From Octopus sinensis (taxonomy: Eukaryota): a DNA stretch of 64,000 bases. The position numbers and the translations under genes were made by a program. Shown here piece after piece: positions 49,657 to 61,746 of this stretch. Where the stretch lies: NCBI RefSeq assembly GCF_006345805.1, contig NC_043019.1:26039360-26103359 (forward strand), in the 5' to 3' direction. The notes beneath the pieces are model-generated. The model did no database searches. It saw nothing but the letters and a program-made list of their open reading frames with translations, and was not told where the DNA came from. Within the stretch, counting starts at the first letter, position 1. Each line of letters begins with the position of its first letter.

Positions 49657-49725
<69 letters not shown>

Positions 49726-49925
49726 TGTGTGTGTATACTGACTTTATTTTTGTCTTTTTCAAAAAATTTAGGGAGAATGTGAGAGCCCACATTTCAGCAG
49801 TTTTCAAGTATCTTTAGGGAAAAGAAAAGACACGGGGATAGAGGGTGACGAGGTAGAAAAAAAAAGATATTTTTAGGAAATAATTATCACAGAATCGTAA
49901 TTCCCATTGTATAAAATACTCAAAA

Positions 49926-50148
49926 GGTACTACTTAAGATTGGTCCCGGTGCGCGCACTCACGTACTCGCGCATCCACACTAGCTAGTCGTGACTAGTGG
50001 ATCCTTACTTTGTGGTTTTGTTTTATTTATTTTGTGTTTTATTTACTTTGCTAGGTAGTCGTTGTAGGATCGACTAGTCACGACTAGCTAGCGCGGGTGC
50101 GTGAGTACGCGAGTGCGCGCACCGGGACCACTATTCTTAAGTAGTACC
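49926..50148. mobile_element. CpG-rich fold-back MITE with about 80-bp TIRs
   Basis: GGTACTACTTAAGA..GGTCCCGGTGCGCGCACTC..CTAGCTAGTCGTGACTAGT..GATCCT is inverted around an AT-rich core; TSD not clean. Confidence 0.85.
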
Positions 50149-51073
50149 TACAGAAAGATAGGAAAACAAAAATGAGGGTGGTGGGAAAACCTCCCTAACT
50201 TCTTGCCTTTTTCTGTCCCCTTAAGGTAATGAAAACTATTCCTTAACTCCGCCCAAATCCCTACTTTAACTCCTAGACACTCATTTTTTAAGACAGTAAA
50301 CCATAAAACTCTACCTAATACCTACCTCGACTGTTTAATACTATATGTAGATATGATAGACACACGTAGAGAGGTTCATATGAATATACTACACACACAC
50401 ACACACAAGGTGTTGGTGTATGTATATATGCATATATTTATATATTATTTATTTATACTATGTCATTGTAGGAAAAAAATTTATAATATTCTTCAGACAT
50501 ATTGACTCAAATATATATTTTTTAACCTTTTAAAACAAGCCTTCTGTAGTTTTTTCACTTTTTACTCTTTTCTATATATATATATATATAGCATATATAT
50601 AACATGACTCTGTGGTAAGTAGCTTGCTTCTCAACCATATGGTTCCGGGTTCAGTCTCAATGTGCGGCACCTTGGACAAATGTCTTCTACTATAGCCCTG
50701 GGCCAACCAAAGCCTGTGAGTGGATTTGGTAGATGGAAAATGAGAGAAGCCTGTTGTGTATATATGTGAGTATATATTGTGTGTGTGTGTCTGTATTTGT
50801 CCCATCCACCACCATCACTTGACAACCAATGTTGTTGTGTTTATGTCCCCTAACTTGGTAGTTCAGCAAAAGGGACTGACAGAATAAGTCCTGGGATCGA
50901 TTTCTTTCACTAAAAGCAGTGCTCCAGCATGACCACCATCAAATGACTAAAACAAGTACAAGAATAAAAGAAAGAATATATATATGTTATGATTGAGAAA
51001 GTGAATTGCAATGACCTTTTTGTGTGCACAGTTTCTGACAAACCATACCTTTCTTTTGCTGGGCTCAAATCTC

Positions 51074-51460
51074 GGATCTTTACCCTTTCAACGGCAGATC
51101 GAGAAATTAATTTTGTAACTAAACACTTTCAAACTTCAGACATTGCTCGAATATCTCATATAAAACATCTTTTATTCTTAGTGTTGTTGAGAAAAGTTTG
51201 TATTTTCAAAGTTATTTCATGTTAAAGTTGTCGTATTTCGGTAATTTCACCAATCAATGATGTGTATTCAGCTGAATAAAATTACTGCTGTTGTTTGTCA
51301 ACAACAACTTTCGGCGGTGTATATTTCGTTTGTCACTGTTATTTATGACATATTTCATCTCATTTTCTTTTATATGGATAAACGAGTGTATCTGAAGCAT
51401 GTTTACTTCATGGCACCACCACAATCGTTCATGCATTTCTACTGGAAATTTCAAAGATCC
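51074..51460. mobile_element. GG-terminal MITE related to 35575-35999
   Basis: Termini GGATCTTT/AAAGATCC; perfect 8-bp TSD CAAATCTC; shared internal motifs (aacggcag, aaacttc, ataaaacatcttt, ttgagaaaa). Confidence 0.85.
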
Positions 51461-51592
51461 CAAATCTCATTTGCGAATCCAAGAAAAACGAACCTCCACC
51501 AACTATTCTGCCTATATGTCTCACTTTTCAATGCCATATATATATATTATATATATATATACATACATACATACATACATATATATATATAT

Positions 51593-51623
<31 letters not shown>

Positions 51624-51688
51624 CATATATATATATATACATATAATATATATATACATATATATATATACATATATATATATATATC

Positions 51689-51790
<102 letters not shown>

Positions 51791-52182
51791 GTATATATAA
51801 TCTGAATTGTACAGTCATGTACACTTCATGGCCGATCTTACCGATTGGTTTTGTGGCCGTGATGGATATATAATACTGTACACTTCGGATAATATACCCG
51901 CTCTATTGACAGATATATGAATCCATCTTTTTCCTGACTTATGGACTTTTAAACAACTTAAGCTATATATATGGTGGTTGTCTACTCCTTATGCAGAGTC
52001 TGCCCACTTCCTGTACCTACACCTTAGAACCATCACGGTGTCTGCTGTAGCTTTTTAAATCAGACAACGTTTTGAAAAGACACCCACATAGATTGTATAT
52101 TCGATTTGGACCATGAAGAGCTGCAGATAAGTCCTGATCTTCGTGGATCTTAAAATGTCTTTTGAGGCCTCCGTTAGGTCTG

Positions 52183-52213
<31 letters not shown>

Positions 52214-52216
<3 letters not shown>

Positions 52217-52690
52217 TCATCATCATCATCATTTAACGTCCGCTTTCCATGCTAGCATGGGTTGGACAGTTCAACTGGGGTCTGGGGAGCCCGAAGGCTG
52301 CACCAGGCCAGTCAGATCTGGCAGTGTTTCTACAGCTGGATGCCCTTCCTAACGCCAACCACTCCGAGAGTGTAGTGGGTGATTTTATGTGCCACCGACA
52401 CAGGTGCCAGACGAGGCTGGCAGACGGCCACGCTCAGATGGTGTTTTTATGTGCCACCGACACAGGTGCCAGATGAGGCTGGCGAACGGCCACGATCGGA
52501 TGGTGTTTGTTACGTGCCCACAGCACGGAGGCCAGTCGATGCGGTACTGGCTACGGCCACGTTCGGATGGTTATCTTGTGTGCCACCGGCACTGGTACCA
52601 CAAGGATACAAATTCCATTGATGTTCATCTATTTTGACTTGTTTTGATTTGATTTTGATTTGATTTGATTTTGATTTTCACTTGCCTCGT
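52214..52690 (-). mobile_element. Family C element, young
   Basis: Close match to 1461-2036 with fewer internal units; CpGs retained. Confidence 0.85.
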
Positions 52691-52693
52691 ATG

Positions 52694-52754
<61 letters not shown>

Positions 52755-52962
52755 GTATGTATATATATATATATATATTTTATAAAGGGCTTAGTAAAAT
52801 AAATACTTTGCCACATACTGAACTCATTAGAAATAGCAGCCAAAAAAATTTTTTTAGCCATTTCTAATACTTAAAGAAAATTTCTCTCAGATAGTATTTA
52901 CTCAAAATAACCCACGAAGGTATGGGGGTAAAAACATTAAAAAATCACAAGTGCAAAGATTA

Positions 52963-53024
52963 TTTGAGAACGTACGTTTCTAGATCAGCCAAATACAATT
53001 CGACATTTCTTTCGTCAGCTCAAA
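52963..53024 (-). ncRNA. Minimal type I hammerhead ribozyme motif, satellite copy 1
   Basis: Minus strand: UUUGAG-CUGACGA-AAGA(..)UCUA-GAAAC-GUAC-GU-U-CUCAAA. 6-bp stem I, intact core, palindromic stem III loop, GUU triplet; predicted cut at 52969/52968. Confidence 0.8.
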
Positions 53025-53525
53025 ATTTCTTAATTCGGATTTGTAAACACTGAAAGTAGGAGCATACCCTTTTGGCGACTTTTCACCTCCGAAGATCCGT
53101 TCAGACTAACAGTGCCAACAAATTCAAAATATGCAAGCGAAGAATTTCTGCCCTCCCTTTCCACCCACGTGGGCTAAACTAGTAAACACCATGTTTTATC
53201 GGTGAAAACCGAAGCATTAAACAGAGAGAAATGAATTATAATTAAAACAATTGAGGGTAAAATTAATTAATCATTAATCAATTTCACCAAGTATTCAGTA
53301 TGTAAAGGGACCATTTAAGGCGAATTCAAAATATTACATTTTATAAAGGGCTTAGTAAAATAAATTACTTTGCCACATACTGAACTCATTAGAAATAGCA
53401 GCCAAAAAAAATTTTTTTAGCCATTTCTAATACTTAAAGAAAATTTCTCTCAGATAGTATTTACTCAAAATAACCCACGAAGGTATGGGGGTAAAAACAT
53501 TAAAAAATCACAAGTGCAAAGATTA

Positions 53526-53587
53526 TTTGAGAACGTACGTTTCTAGATCAGCCAAATACAATTCGACATTTCTTTCGTCAGCTCAAA
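53526..53587 (-). ncRNA. Minimal type I hammerhead ribozyme motif, satellite copy 2
   Basis: Identical to copy 1. Confidence 0.8.
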
Positions 53588-54087
53588 ATTTCTTAATTCG
53601 GATTTGTAAACACTGAAAGTAAGAGCATACCCTTTTGGCGACTTTTCACCTCCGAAGATCCGTTCAGACTAACAGTGCCAACAAATTCAAAATATGCAAG
53701 CGAAGAATTTCTGCCCTCCCTTTCCACCCACGTGGGCTAAACTAGTAAACACCATGTTTTATCGGTGAAAACCGAAGCATTAAACAGAGAGAAATGAATT
53801 ATAATTTCAACAATTGAGGGTAAAATTAATTAATCATTAATCAATTTCACCAAGTATTCAGTATGTAAAGGGACCATTTAAGGCGAATTCAAAATATTAC
53901 ATTTTATAAAGGGCTTAGTAAAATAAATTACTTTGCCACATACTGAACTCATTAGAAATAGCAGCCAAAAAAATTTTTTTAGCCATTTCTAATACTTAAA
54001 GAAAATTTCTCTCAGATAGTATTTACTCAAAATAACCCACGAAGGTATGGGGGTAAAAACATTAAAAAATCACAAGTGCAAAGATTA

Positions 54088-54149
54088 TTTGAGAACGTAC
54101 GTTTCTAGATCAGCCAAATACAATTCGACATTTCTTTCGTCAGCTCAAA
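54088..54149 (-). ncRNA. Minimal type I hammerhead ribozyme motif, satellite copy 3
   Basis: Identical to copy 1. Confidence 0.8.
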
Positions 54150-54649
54150 ATTTCTTAATTCGGATTTGTAAACACTGAAAGTAAGAGCATACCCTTTTGG
54201 CGACTTTTCACCTCCGAAGATCCGTTCAGACTAACAGTGCCAACAAATTCAAAATATGCAAGCGAAGAATTTCTGCCCTCCCTTTCCACCCACGTGGGCT
54301 AAACTAGTAAACACCATGTTTTATCGGTGAAAACCGAAGCATTAAACAGAGAGAAATGAATTATAATTTCAACAATTGAGGGTAAAATTAATTAATCATT
54401 AATCAATTTCACCAAGTATTCAGTATGTAAAGGGACCATTTAAGGCGAATTCAAAATATTACATTTTATAAAGGGCTTAGTAAAATAAATTACTTTGCCA
54501 CATACTGAACTCATTAGAAATAGCAGCCAAAAAAATTTTTTTAGCCATTTCTAATACTTAAAGAAAATTTCTCTCAGATAGTATTTACTCAAAATAACCC
54601 ACGAAGGTATGGGGGTAAAAACATTAAAAAATCACAAGTGCAAAGATTA

Positions 54650-54711
54650 TTTGAGAACGTACGTTTCTAGATCAGCCAAATACAATTCGACATTTCTTTC
54701 GTCAGCTCAAA
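54650..54711 (-). ncRNA. Minimal type I hammerhead ribozyme motif, satellite copy 4
   Basis: Identical to copy 1. Confidence 0.8.
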
Positions 54712-54943
54712 ATTTCTTAATTCGGATTTGTAAACACTGAAAGTAGGAGCATACCCTTTTGGCGACTTTTCACCTCCGAAGATCCGTTCAGACTAACAGT
54801 GCCAACAAATTCAAAATATGCAAGCGAAGAATTTCTGCCCTCCCTTTCCACCCACGTGGGCTAAACTAGTAAACACCATGTTTTATCGGTGAAAACGAAG
54901 CATTAAACAGAGAGAAATGAATTATAATTTCAACATATATATA

Positions 54944-54986
<43 letters not shown>

Positions 54987-55530
54987 ATTCTTTTATTCTT
55001 TCACTTCTTTCAGTCATTTGACTGCAGCCATGCTGGAGCACTGCCTTTAATTGAGCAAATCGACCCCGGGACTTATTCTTTGTAAGCCTAGTACTTATTC
55101 TATCGGTCTCTTTTGCTGAACCACTAAGTTGTGAGAACATAAACACACCGACACCAGTTGTCGAGCAGTGGTGGGGGACAAGAATAGACACAAAGACACA
55201 CACACATAGATATATGCATATATATATGATTCTAATCGCAATGGCTGAAGACTAGCATCACACTTGAAACTTAAAGTACCAAGAATTTTAATCAAACTGT
55301 TGATGCATACACACACACATACATACATACACACACATACACATACATATATACATACACATACACACACACGCAACAGGCTTGTTTCAGCTTCTGTCTA
55401 CCAAATACACTCACAAGGCCTTGGTCAGCCCAAGGCTATAGTTAAAGACACTTGCCTAAGGTGCCGCACAGTGGGATTGAACCCAGAACCATGTGGTTGG
55501 TAAGCAAGCTTTTTACCACACAGCCACACC
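54987..55530 (-). mobile_element. SINE family A (reverse), expanded internal microsatellite
   Basis: Reverse complement of tail (54987-55200) and head (55375-55530). Confidence 0.85.
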
Positions 55531-56166
55531 TGATAGCTAGCTATGTAGATAGATAGACAGATAGATACAGAGACAGAGACAGACAGATTCTATCTATCTG
55601 CCTATGTCCTGTCCGTCTCCATTTTCTCTTTATGTCTACAGATAGTCTTTGAAAGGTGAGAATCTTAGTAAAAGGTTTATTTATGATTTATTAAAACGAG
55701 GTTAAGTTTAAGACTTATGACCTGTGTCACTATCCTCTCTTGAATAAAAAAGAAAAGAAATTAATAATTGAATACATATATATGGCATTATTTTGTGTTC
55801 CCCGTCGTCCTCTTTTGTTTGCACATTGCTATCACACATGTGTTCTCATGTGTCTGGTTGTGTGTATGCGTATGAGAGAGAGAAGGAGAGAGAGTGTGTG
55901 TGTGCATGCATGTGTGTGTGTGTGTGTGCATGCATGTGTGTGTGTGCGTGCATGTGTGTGTGTGTTTGTGCTGGTTCGTTTACATGCTCGTTGCTTAGCA
56001 CATCAGCAAATAGAATAATTACTGGAGTGGAGTCAATTTGTATGGCTAAAACCCCTCGAGATAGCATAGCGGCCCTAAGATTGAAACAATTAATACAATG
56101 AAAGTATAGTCACTGCTATTGATTGTTGTTGTTTTTTTGTTTTTTTTTAGATAAAGCTTTAGAATG

Positions 56167-56350
56167 TGGAGGCGCTATGGCCCAGTGGTTAGGGCAGCGA
56201 ACTCACGGTCGGAGGATCGTGGTTTCAATTCCCAGACCGGAAGTTGTGTGTGTTTATTGATCAAAAACACCTAAAAAGAGCTCCAGGAGGCTCGGTGGTG
56301 GTGACCCCTGTTGTACTCTTTCACCACAACTTTCCTGTTCTCTTGTCACT
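56167..56350 (+). mobile_element. tRNA-derived SINE, further family
   Basis: ggaggcgctatggcccagtggttaggg..ggtttcaattccc head without a CCA/acceptor-stem end. Confidence 0.7.
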
Positions 56351-57880
56351 TATTTAATTCCACACACACACACACACAAGTAGTTAAATATATAAACAGC
56401 TGTAGGCAAGATTCAAGTTTGTCACTTAGACATAATCAAGTGCACCAGTAATTACTGATATAAATGTGAATTCATAATCTGGGTAGAGAAACTGAAGGTT
56501 TTGAAATAACTATCAACGAAGATTCTCTTCCTCACTGATTCTGGAAAAAAAGTTCTCATCTGTGACAGTCCCTAATTTTCCTTTACTTTCCTGGACATCT
56601 ATACAAAGCCTGTTATATTTGCACTTTGTGAAAATATTTAATGGAGTGTTCCACCAGTATTCCTTGCATTGATATTTATACATTCAATCTTGCATGCATG
56701 AAGTGGATTCGATCCACCATAGCCAAATTTAAATTAACACTGCTGCAGAACTTTTCCCACAGTGGAACAATGGTTTTTCTCTGACAGCGGTTTTACATTT
56801 TCCAGATGCCTTTAGCTAGGCCAAAATAATGTCTTCACCACTTGACCCTTTGTAATTTCTTCTACTTCACCAAAAGCTAGAATAGAGATAACAAGACCTC
56901 CAACTAAATCTATTGTTCTCAATGATATATCTATCCTTCTGGATCTTTATATAAGCAAGCATACCCCAAGCAAAAATCAGTTAGTCATCTTGGTGACAAA
57001 CTCATGAGTTGAGAAAGAGCTAACATCAGTTAGTGAACCGACCACTAGAATCATGGAGCCAAGCAAACAAAACAGCCAGAGGGAAAAAGAAAGACAATGT
57101 CCCACACTCTCTCACTCTCACTAGCTCCAATTCAGTTCTCTTACAACATCATTCTATCTCTCTCTGTAATTACTACTAAACAATGAAGAGGACACAAACA
57201 CAAACTTTACTTCGCATGCTTTTGGATCAATCATAACCTGCAAGGTATTTGTAACGTAACGGTAAATAAATACTTTCTTAAAACTTTATACATTGTTCAT
57301 CTTACACATCCTACAGTATGCAATTATAACAACAAATTATAATCGTTGCATCTGCTGACTCCAACTTTTCATCATAATAATGTGTACCTAATCAATCTCT
57401 GCTGTTACACATTCAATAACTGGAGCATTCTTTATATTTAGCTGAGAGATGTCTTTCCTGTGGATGGAGCTGTATACCATTTTAACATCACCATTATGCT
57501 GCAATGATGCCATTTTGGGGACATTTGCTAATCACATGTGTAATATTTTCTACACAAACATGATGTAATCAGCATTTATTTGCCTACATCTGGGTGAGAT
57601 TTAAAATCTTCACTGTCTCTGTCGTTCACCAATTATTAAGAAGTATAATTTTCAAAATGTGACATGATGCTACAGTCACAAGTCCAACAGACACAACATT
57701 TCATGTTGATATTAGAATCATCTGAGTGGTGAGCTGGCAGAATCATTAGCACATCAGGAGAAATACTTAGCACTAACTAATCTGTCTTTACTATCTGAGT
57801 TCAAATCCCACTGAAGGGATTAAAATCCTTCATGGCCACACAAAGAATGAAAACAATAAACTAGGATAAAAACAATAAAT

Positions 57881-58250
57881 AGGCGCAGGAGCAGCTGTGT
57901 GGTAAGTAGCTTGCTTCCCAATCATATGGTTCTGGGTTCAGTCCCACTGCGTGGCACTTTGGGCACGTGTCTTCTACTATAGCCTTGGGCTGATCAAAGC
58001 CATGTGAGTGGATTTGGTAGACGGAAATTGAAAGAAGCCTGTCGTATGTGTGTGTGTGTGTTTGTCTCTCCACCATTGCTTGACAACCAGTGTTGGTGTA
58101 TTTACATCCCCATAATTTAGTAGTTCAGCAAAAGAGACCGATAGAATAAGTACCAGAGTATGTCTTGGGGCTGGATGTTTTTTGACTAAAGACGGTGCTC
58201 CAGCATGGCCACAGTCAAATGACTGAAACATGTGAAAGAGTAAAAGAAAA
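57881..58250 (+). mobile_element. SINE family A
   Basis: Head, (GT)n and tail as at 26734. Confidence 0.88.
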
Positions 58251-58365
58251 ACACGAAAACAATAAAGTATCTTTTTTTCTTCTATGTTACTCTAACCATT
58301 CTGCCATCTGGCACCACAACACAGAATAATTACGACCTTGAAAACTGAATTAAAGGCTTCATTCC

Positions 58366-58450
58366 ATAGTAGTAGTAGTAGTAGTAGTAGTACCAGCAGC
58401 AGCAGCCAGTAGCACTAGTAGTGGTGGTTGTGATGGTGGTGGTGTTGGTA

Positions 58451-58487
<37 letters not shown>

Positions 58488-58640
58488 CAGCAGCAGCAGC
58501 AGCCAGTAGCAGTAGTAGTGGTGGTTGTGATGGTGGTGGTGTTGGTAGTGGTGGTAGTAGTAGTAGTAGCAGCAGCAGCAGCCAGTAGCAGTAGTAGTGG
58601 TGGTTGTGATGGTGGTGTTGGTAGTAGTAGTAGTAGTCAT
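58366..58640. repeat. Compound GTA/GCA/GTG trinucleotide tract with an 85-100 bp higher-order unit x3
   Basis: The cagcagcagccagtagc..gtggtggttgtgatggtggt block recurs three times. Confidence 0.85.
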
Positions 58641-59377
58641 TGATTAAAATATTTCATGGCTACAGTAGTAGCGGTGGCGGTGGTGGTGGTGAGGAGGAGG
58701 AGGAGGAGATCACCACAATGCCTAGAACAACAATCCTCCAATTCTGACACAGGATTTTGAAAGAATGATTTCTTACAAAGCCAGAAGGTTGACAATACCA
58801 ACCTTGTTTACAATGACCACACATACATAACCATTGTCTGCCGCCTGAGAACATCTCTTTTACATCCTTTATGTGTTCCCCTGCAGTCATTCCCATGTTT
58901 CAGCTAATAGGAAGTCTATACAACCTTCACTATTACAGCAAAAACAATTTAACTGGCAACGAGTCAACCTACTAGAAATAGCAGTCAGATTTTCCTCAAA
59001 TCACACTGTACTGTATTAAAAGAGGACGTGTCTCAAAAATGAAATAGAATGGTAACAAATGGGATGTTTTTGACCATAGATCTGCTCAGTCAGACCTATC
59101 TTGGGACTAAACAAGACCTACCCACAATCATAACTAGTAACACATGAAGGGACTAAGTGGTTGTTTGTTTTGCTTAAAATAGCAACCAAAATTCCTTTAA
59201 ATCATATTCTATCTTAAAAATGGAAGAACACATTATATGATGTGACCATAAATACATTGTGTGAATAAAAAGAAGGGAAGACAGGGTCTGGAACACTTTT
59301 CATCAGAGGACCAGAGCTGGCCTAATGTTACACAATATTTTGCTACAAATACATAGTATGGATGGTGTGTGTATATA

Positions 59378-59890
59378 TCTCTATATATAAAACTGTAGTT
59401 GTGTGAGTGTCTGTCCCCTTTGATTTAGATTCCTAACTACTCCCACATTTTGCGGTGCAGTTTAACCAAATTCGGGTATCTTATAGTCGTGATTCATATC
59501 GAGCCCGTCTGAGTATTAGCGCGCGTCTATGATGAGTCTACGATTTTAAAAATAATTTAACATCATTTTTTATTCCATTTTAATGCATAATTTTTCGTGT
59601 GTCGATGGCGGCAGAGTTGGCATCCATGGTCACACCTGCACCTGTTTGCTTCTCCCCCTTCTTCCCTCCCTCGTGAAGCTGTGGGGAAGGGAGTGTAAGG
59701 AAATCAACGTCGTAAAGCGTTGTCAAGGAGACCAGCGTTCTTTTAGAACAACGACTTCATGGCTTGAAGACACCAAAACAGAAATGGCTAAGAAAGCCCG
59801 AATTGGCATCTATAAGGGAAGTAACTCTCTAAAAATGCTTATATAGTTATTTCCCTTACAAACCCGAGCAACGCCGGGCGATACTGCTAG
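59378..59890 (+). mobile_element. Non-autonomous Helitron, apparently full length
   Basis: A|TC start (tctctatatataaaactg); CCCGAGCAACGCCGGG hairpin 8 nt before the terminal CTAG|T; no TSD. Confidence 0.85.
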
Positions 59891-59901
59891 TATATATATA
59901 T

Positions 59902-60310
59902 ATCATCATCATCATCATCGTCATTGTCGTTTAATGTCTGCTTTCCATGCTGGCATGGGTTGGATGGTTTGACTGAGGGCTGGCGAGCCAGGAGGCTGCA
60001 CCAGGCTCCAATCTGATCTGGCAAAGTTTCTACAGCTGGATGCCGTTCCTAACGTCAATCACTCCGAGAGTGTAGTGGCTGCTTTTACATGCCACTGGCA
60101 CAAGGGCAAGTCAGGTGGTACTGGCATTGGCCATGCTTAAAGTGTGCTTTTTACATGCCACCGACACAGGAGCCAGTCCAACAGCACTGGCAATGACTAC
60201 GCTTGGATGGTGTGCTTTTTACATGTCACCGGCATAGGAACCATTCGGCAGCCATGGCTACGATTACGCTCAAATGGTGCTTTTAATGTTCCACTGGCAT
60301 GGGTGCCAAT
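59902..60310 (-). mobile_element. Family C element (inverted relative to 60340-60885)
   Basis: (CAT)n start and ctacagctggatgcc motif. Further family C copies at about 3143, 13520, 15680, 32905, 37545 (+) and 40157. Confidence 0.8.
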
Positions 60311-60339
60311 CAGATATATATATATTTATTTATATAAGA

Positions 60340-60885
60340 CAGAGGGCGAGGTGGTGAAACATGATCTTTGAACTTTGGGCTTCAGAGGCAATGACTAGTG
60401 ACTGAGACCTTTGGCAATATGCTGCACTTGAGAAGACCTGTCAAGCCAAGTGAAATTGTAGTCGTGGTTGACGCTGGTGTCATATAACTGGCACCCATGC
60501 TGGTGGCACCTAAAAAGCACCATTCGAGTGTTGGGCTTCATGGAGGCAAAGTGACTGATGCCAGTGGCACGTGAAAAGCTCCTTTTGGGTGTTGGGCCTC
60601 ACAGAGGCAATGACAAATGACCTTTGGCATTATGTTGTGCTTGAAAAGAAGACCCACCAAACCAAGTAAAATCACAGTCGTGGCAGATACTGGTGTCACG
60701 CAAATAGCACCTGTGCCAGTGGCACGTAAAAGCATCTATTACACTCTCGGAGTGGTAGACGTTGGGAAGGGCAGCCAACCACAGAAACCTAGCCAAAACA
60801 GACAATTGGAGCCTGGTGCAGCTCTCCAGTCAAATTGTCCAACCCATGCCAGATGGAAAATGGTCGTTAAATGTTGATGATGAAA
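60340..60885 (+). mobile_element. RTE ORF end plus long 3' UTR ending in (GAT)n (family C element in sense orientation)
   Basis: EVVKHDL-TLG..EAMTSD..LWQYAALEKT, followed by the UTR with the gttgggaagggcagcc motif and a gatgatg tail; internal partial duplication. Confidence 0.75.
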
Positions 60886-60971
60886 CAGATATGGTTTGTG
60901 AGTGAGTGAATATCATGATGTCTGTCTTTCTCACCCTATATACCCATGGGGACCATTTTCATACTACTCTC

Positions 60972-61384
60972 TTTTTTACTCTTTTACTTGTTTCAGTCAT
61001 TTGACTGCAGCCATGCTGGATCACCGCCTTTAGTCAAGCAACTCGTCCCCAGGACTTATTCTTCGTAAGCCCAGTACTTATTCTATCAGTCTCTTTTGCC
61101 GAACCGCTAAGTGACGGAGACGTAAACACACCAGCATCGGTTGTCAAGCAATGCTAGGGGGACAAACACAGACACACAAACATATATATATATATATAAT
61201 ATATATATATACATATATACGACGGGCTTCTTTCAGTTTCCATCTACCAAATCCACTCACAAGGCTTTGGTCAGCCCGAGGCTATTGTAGAAGACACTTG
61301 CCCAAGGTGCCACGCAGTGGGACTGAACCCGGAACCAAGTGGTTGGTAAGCAAGCTACTTACCACACAGCCACTCCTGCGCCTA
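60972..61384 (-). mobile_element. SINE family A (reverse), followed by a forward tail-only copy (61385-61590)
   Basis: Full reverse-complement match; same arrangement at 62706-63300. Confidence 0.9.
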
Positions 61385-61746
61385 TATGTGTGTGTGTATC
61401 TGTCCCACCACCATCGCTTGACAACCAATGCTGGTGCGTTTATGTCCCCATCACTTACCAGTTCAGCAAAAGAATCCGATAGAATAAGTACTAGGCTTAC
61501 AAATAATAAGTCCTGTGGTCGATTTGTTCGACTAATGGTGGTGCTCCAGCATGGCTGCAGTCAAATGACTGAAACAAGTAAAAGAATAATACCCAAAATA
61601 TTTTTATACAATTCCTAATAATACTTAATTACAAAAATTTAAAAGGATTTTTCCTATGAACATCGAATGGCTTAGGGGGTCCAACAGATTAGAAAATGAA
61701 CTAAAAGGGTTTGATAAACAAAAAATAGTTGAGAACTGCTGAGGGA

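Larger units (their letters stand above)
52778..54934. repeat. Tandem satellite, 562-563 bp unit, about 3.8 copies, about 99% identical, flanked by (AT)n
   Basis: The gggcttag marker recurs at 52787, 53348, 53911 and 54473. The copies differ at only a handful of positions (agtaggagc/agtaagagc, attaaaac/atttcaac, homopolymer lengths). Confidence 0.98.

Noticed and set aside
53077-53105. Second hammerhead-like motif in the satellite unit (CUGAACGG-AUCU-UCGG-AGGU-GAAAAGUC, minus)
   Set aside because: The core is not CUGANGA, stem III is impossible and non-palindromic, and stem I does not pair.
53163-53182. Satellite as a Helitron tandem array (CCCACGTGGG hairpin then CTAGT)
   Set aside because: The motif is mid-unit, only 5 nt from CTAG and not followed by a TC 5' end. 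Kept only as a weaker alternative to the ribozyme interpretation.
56480-57720. Possible decayed transposase or RT
   Set aside because: No motif could be identified by eye; needs tBLASTx or HMMER.
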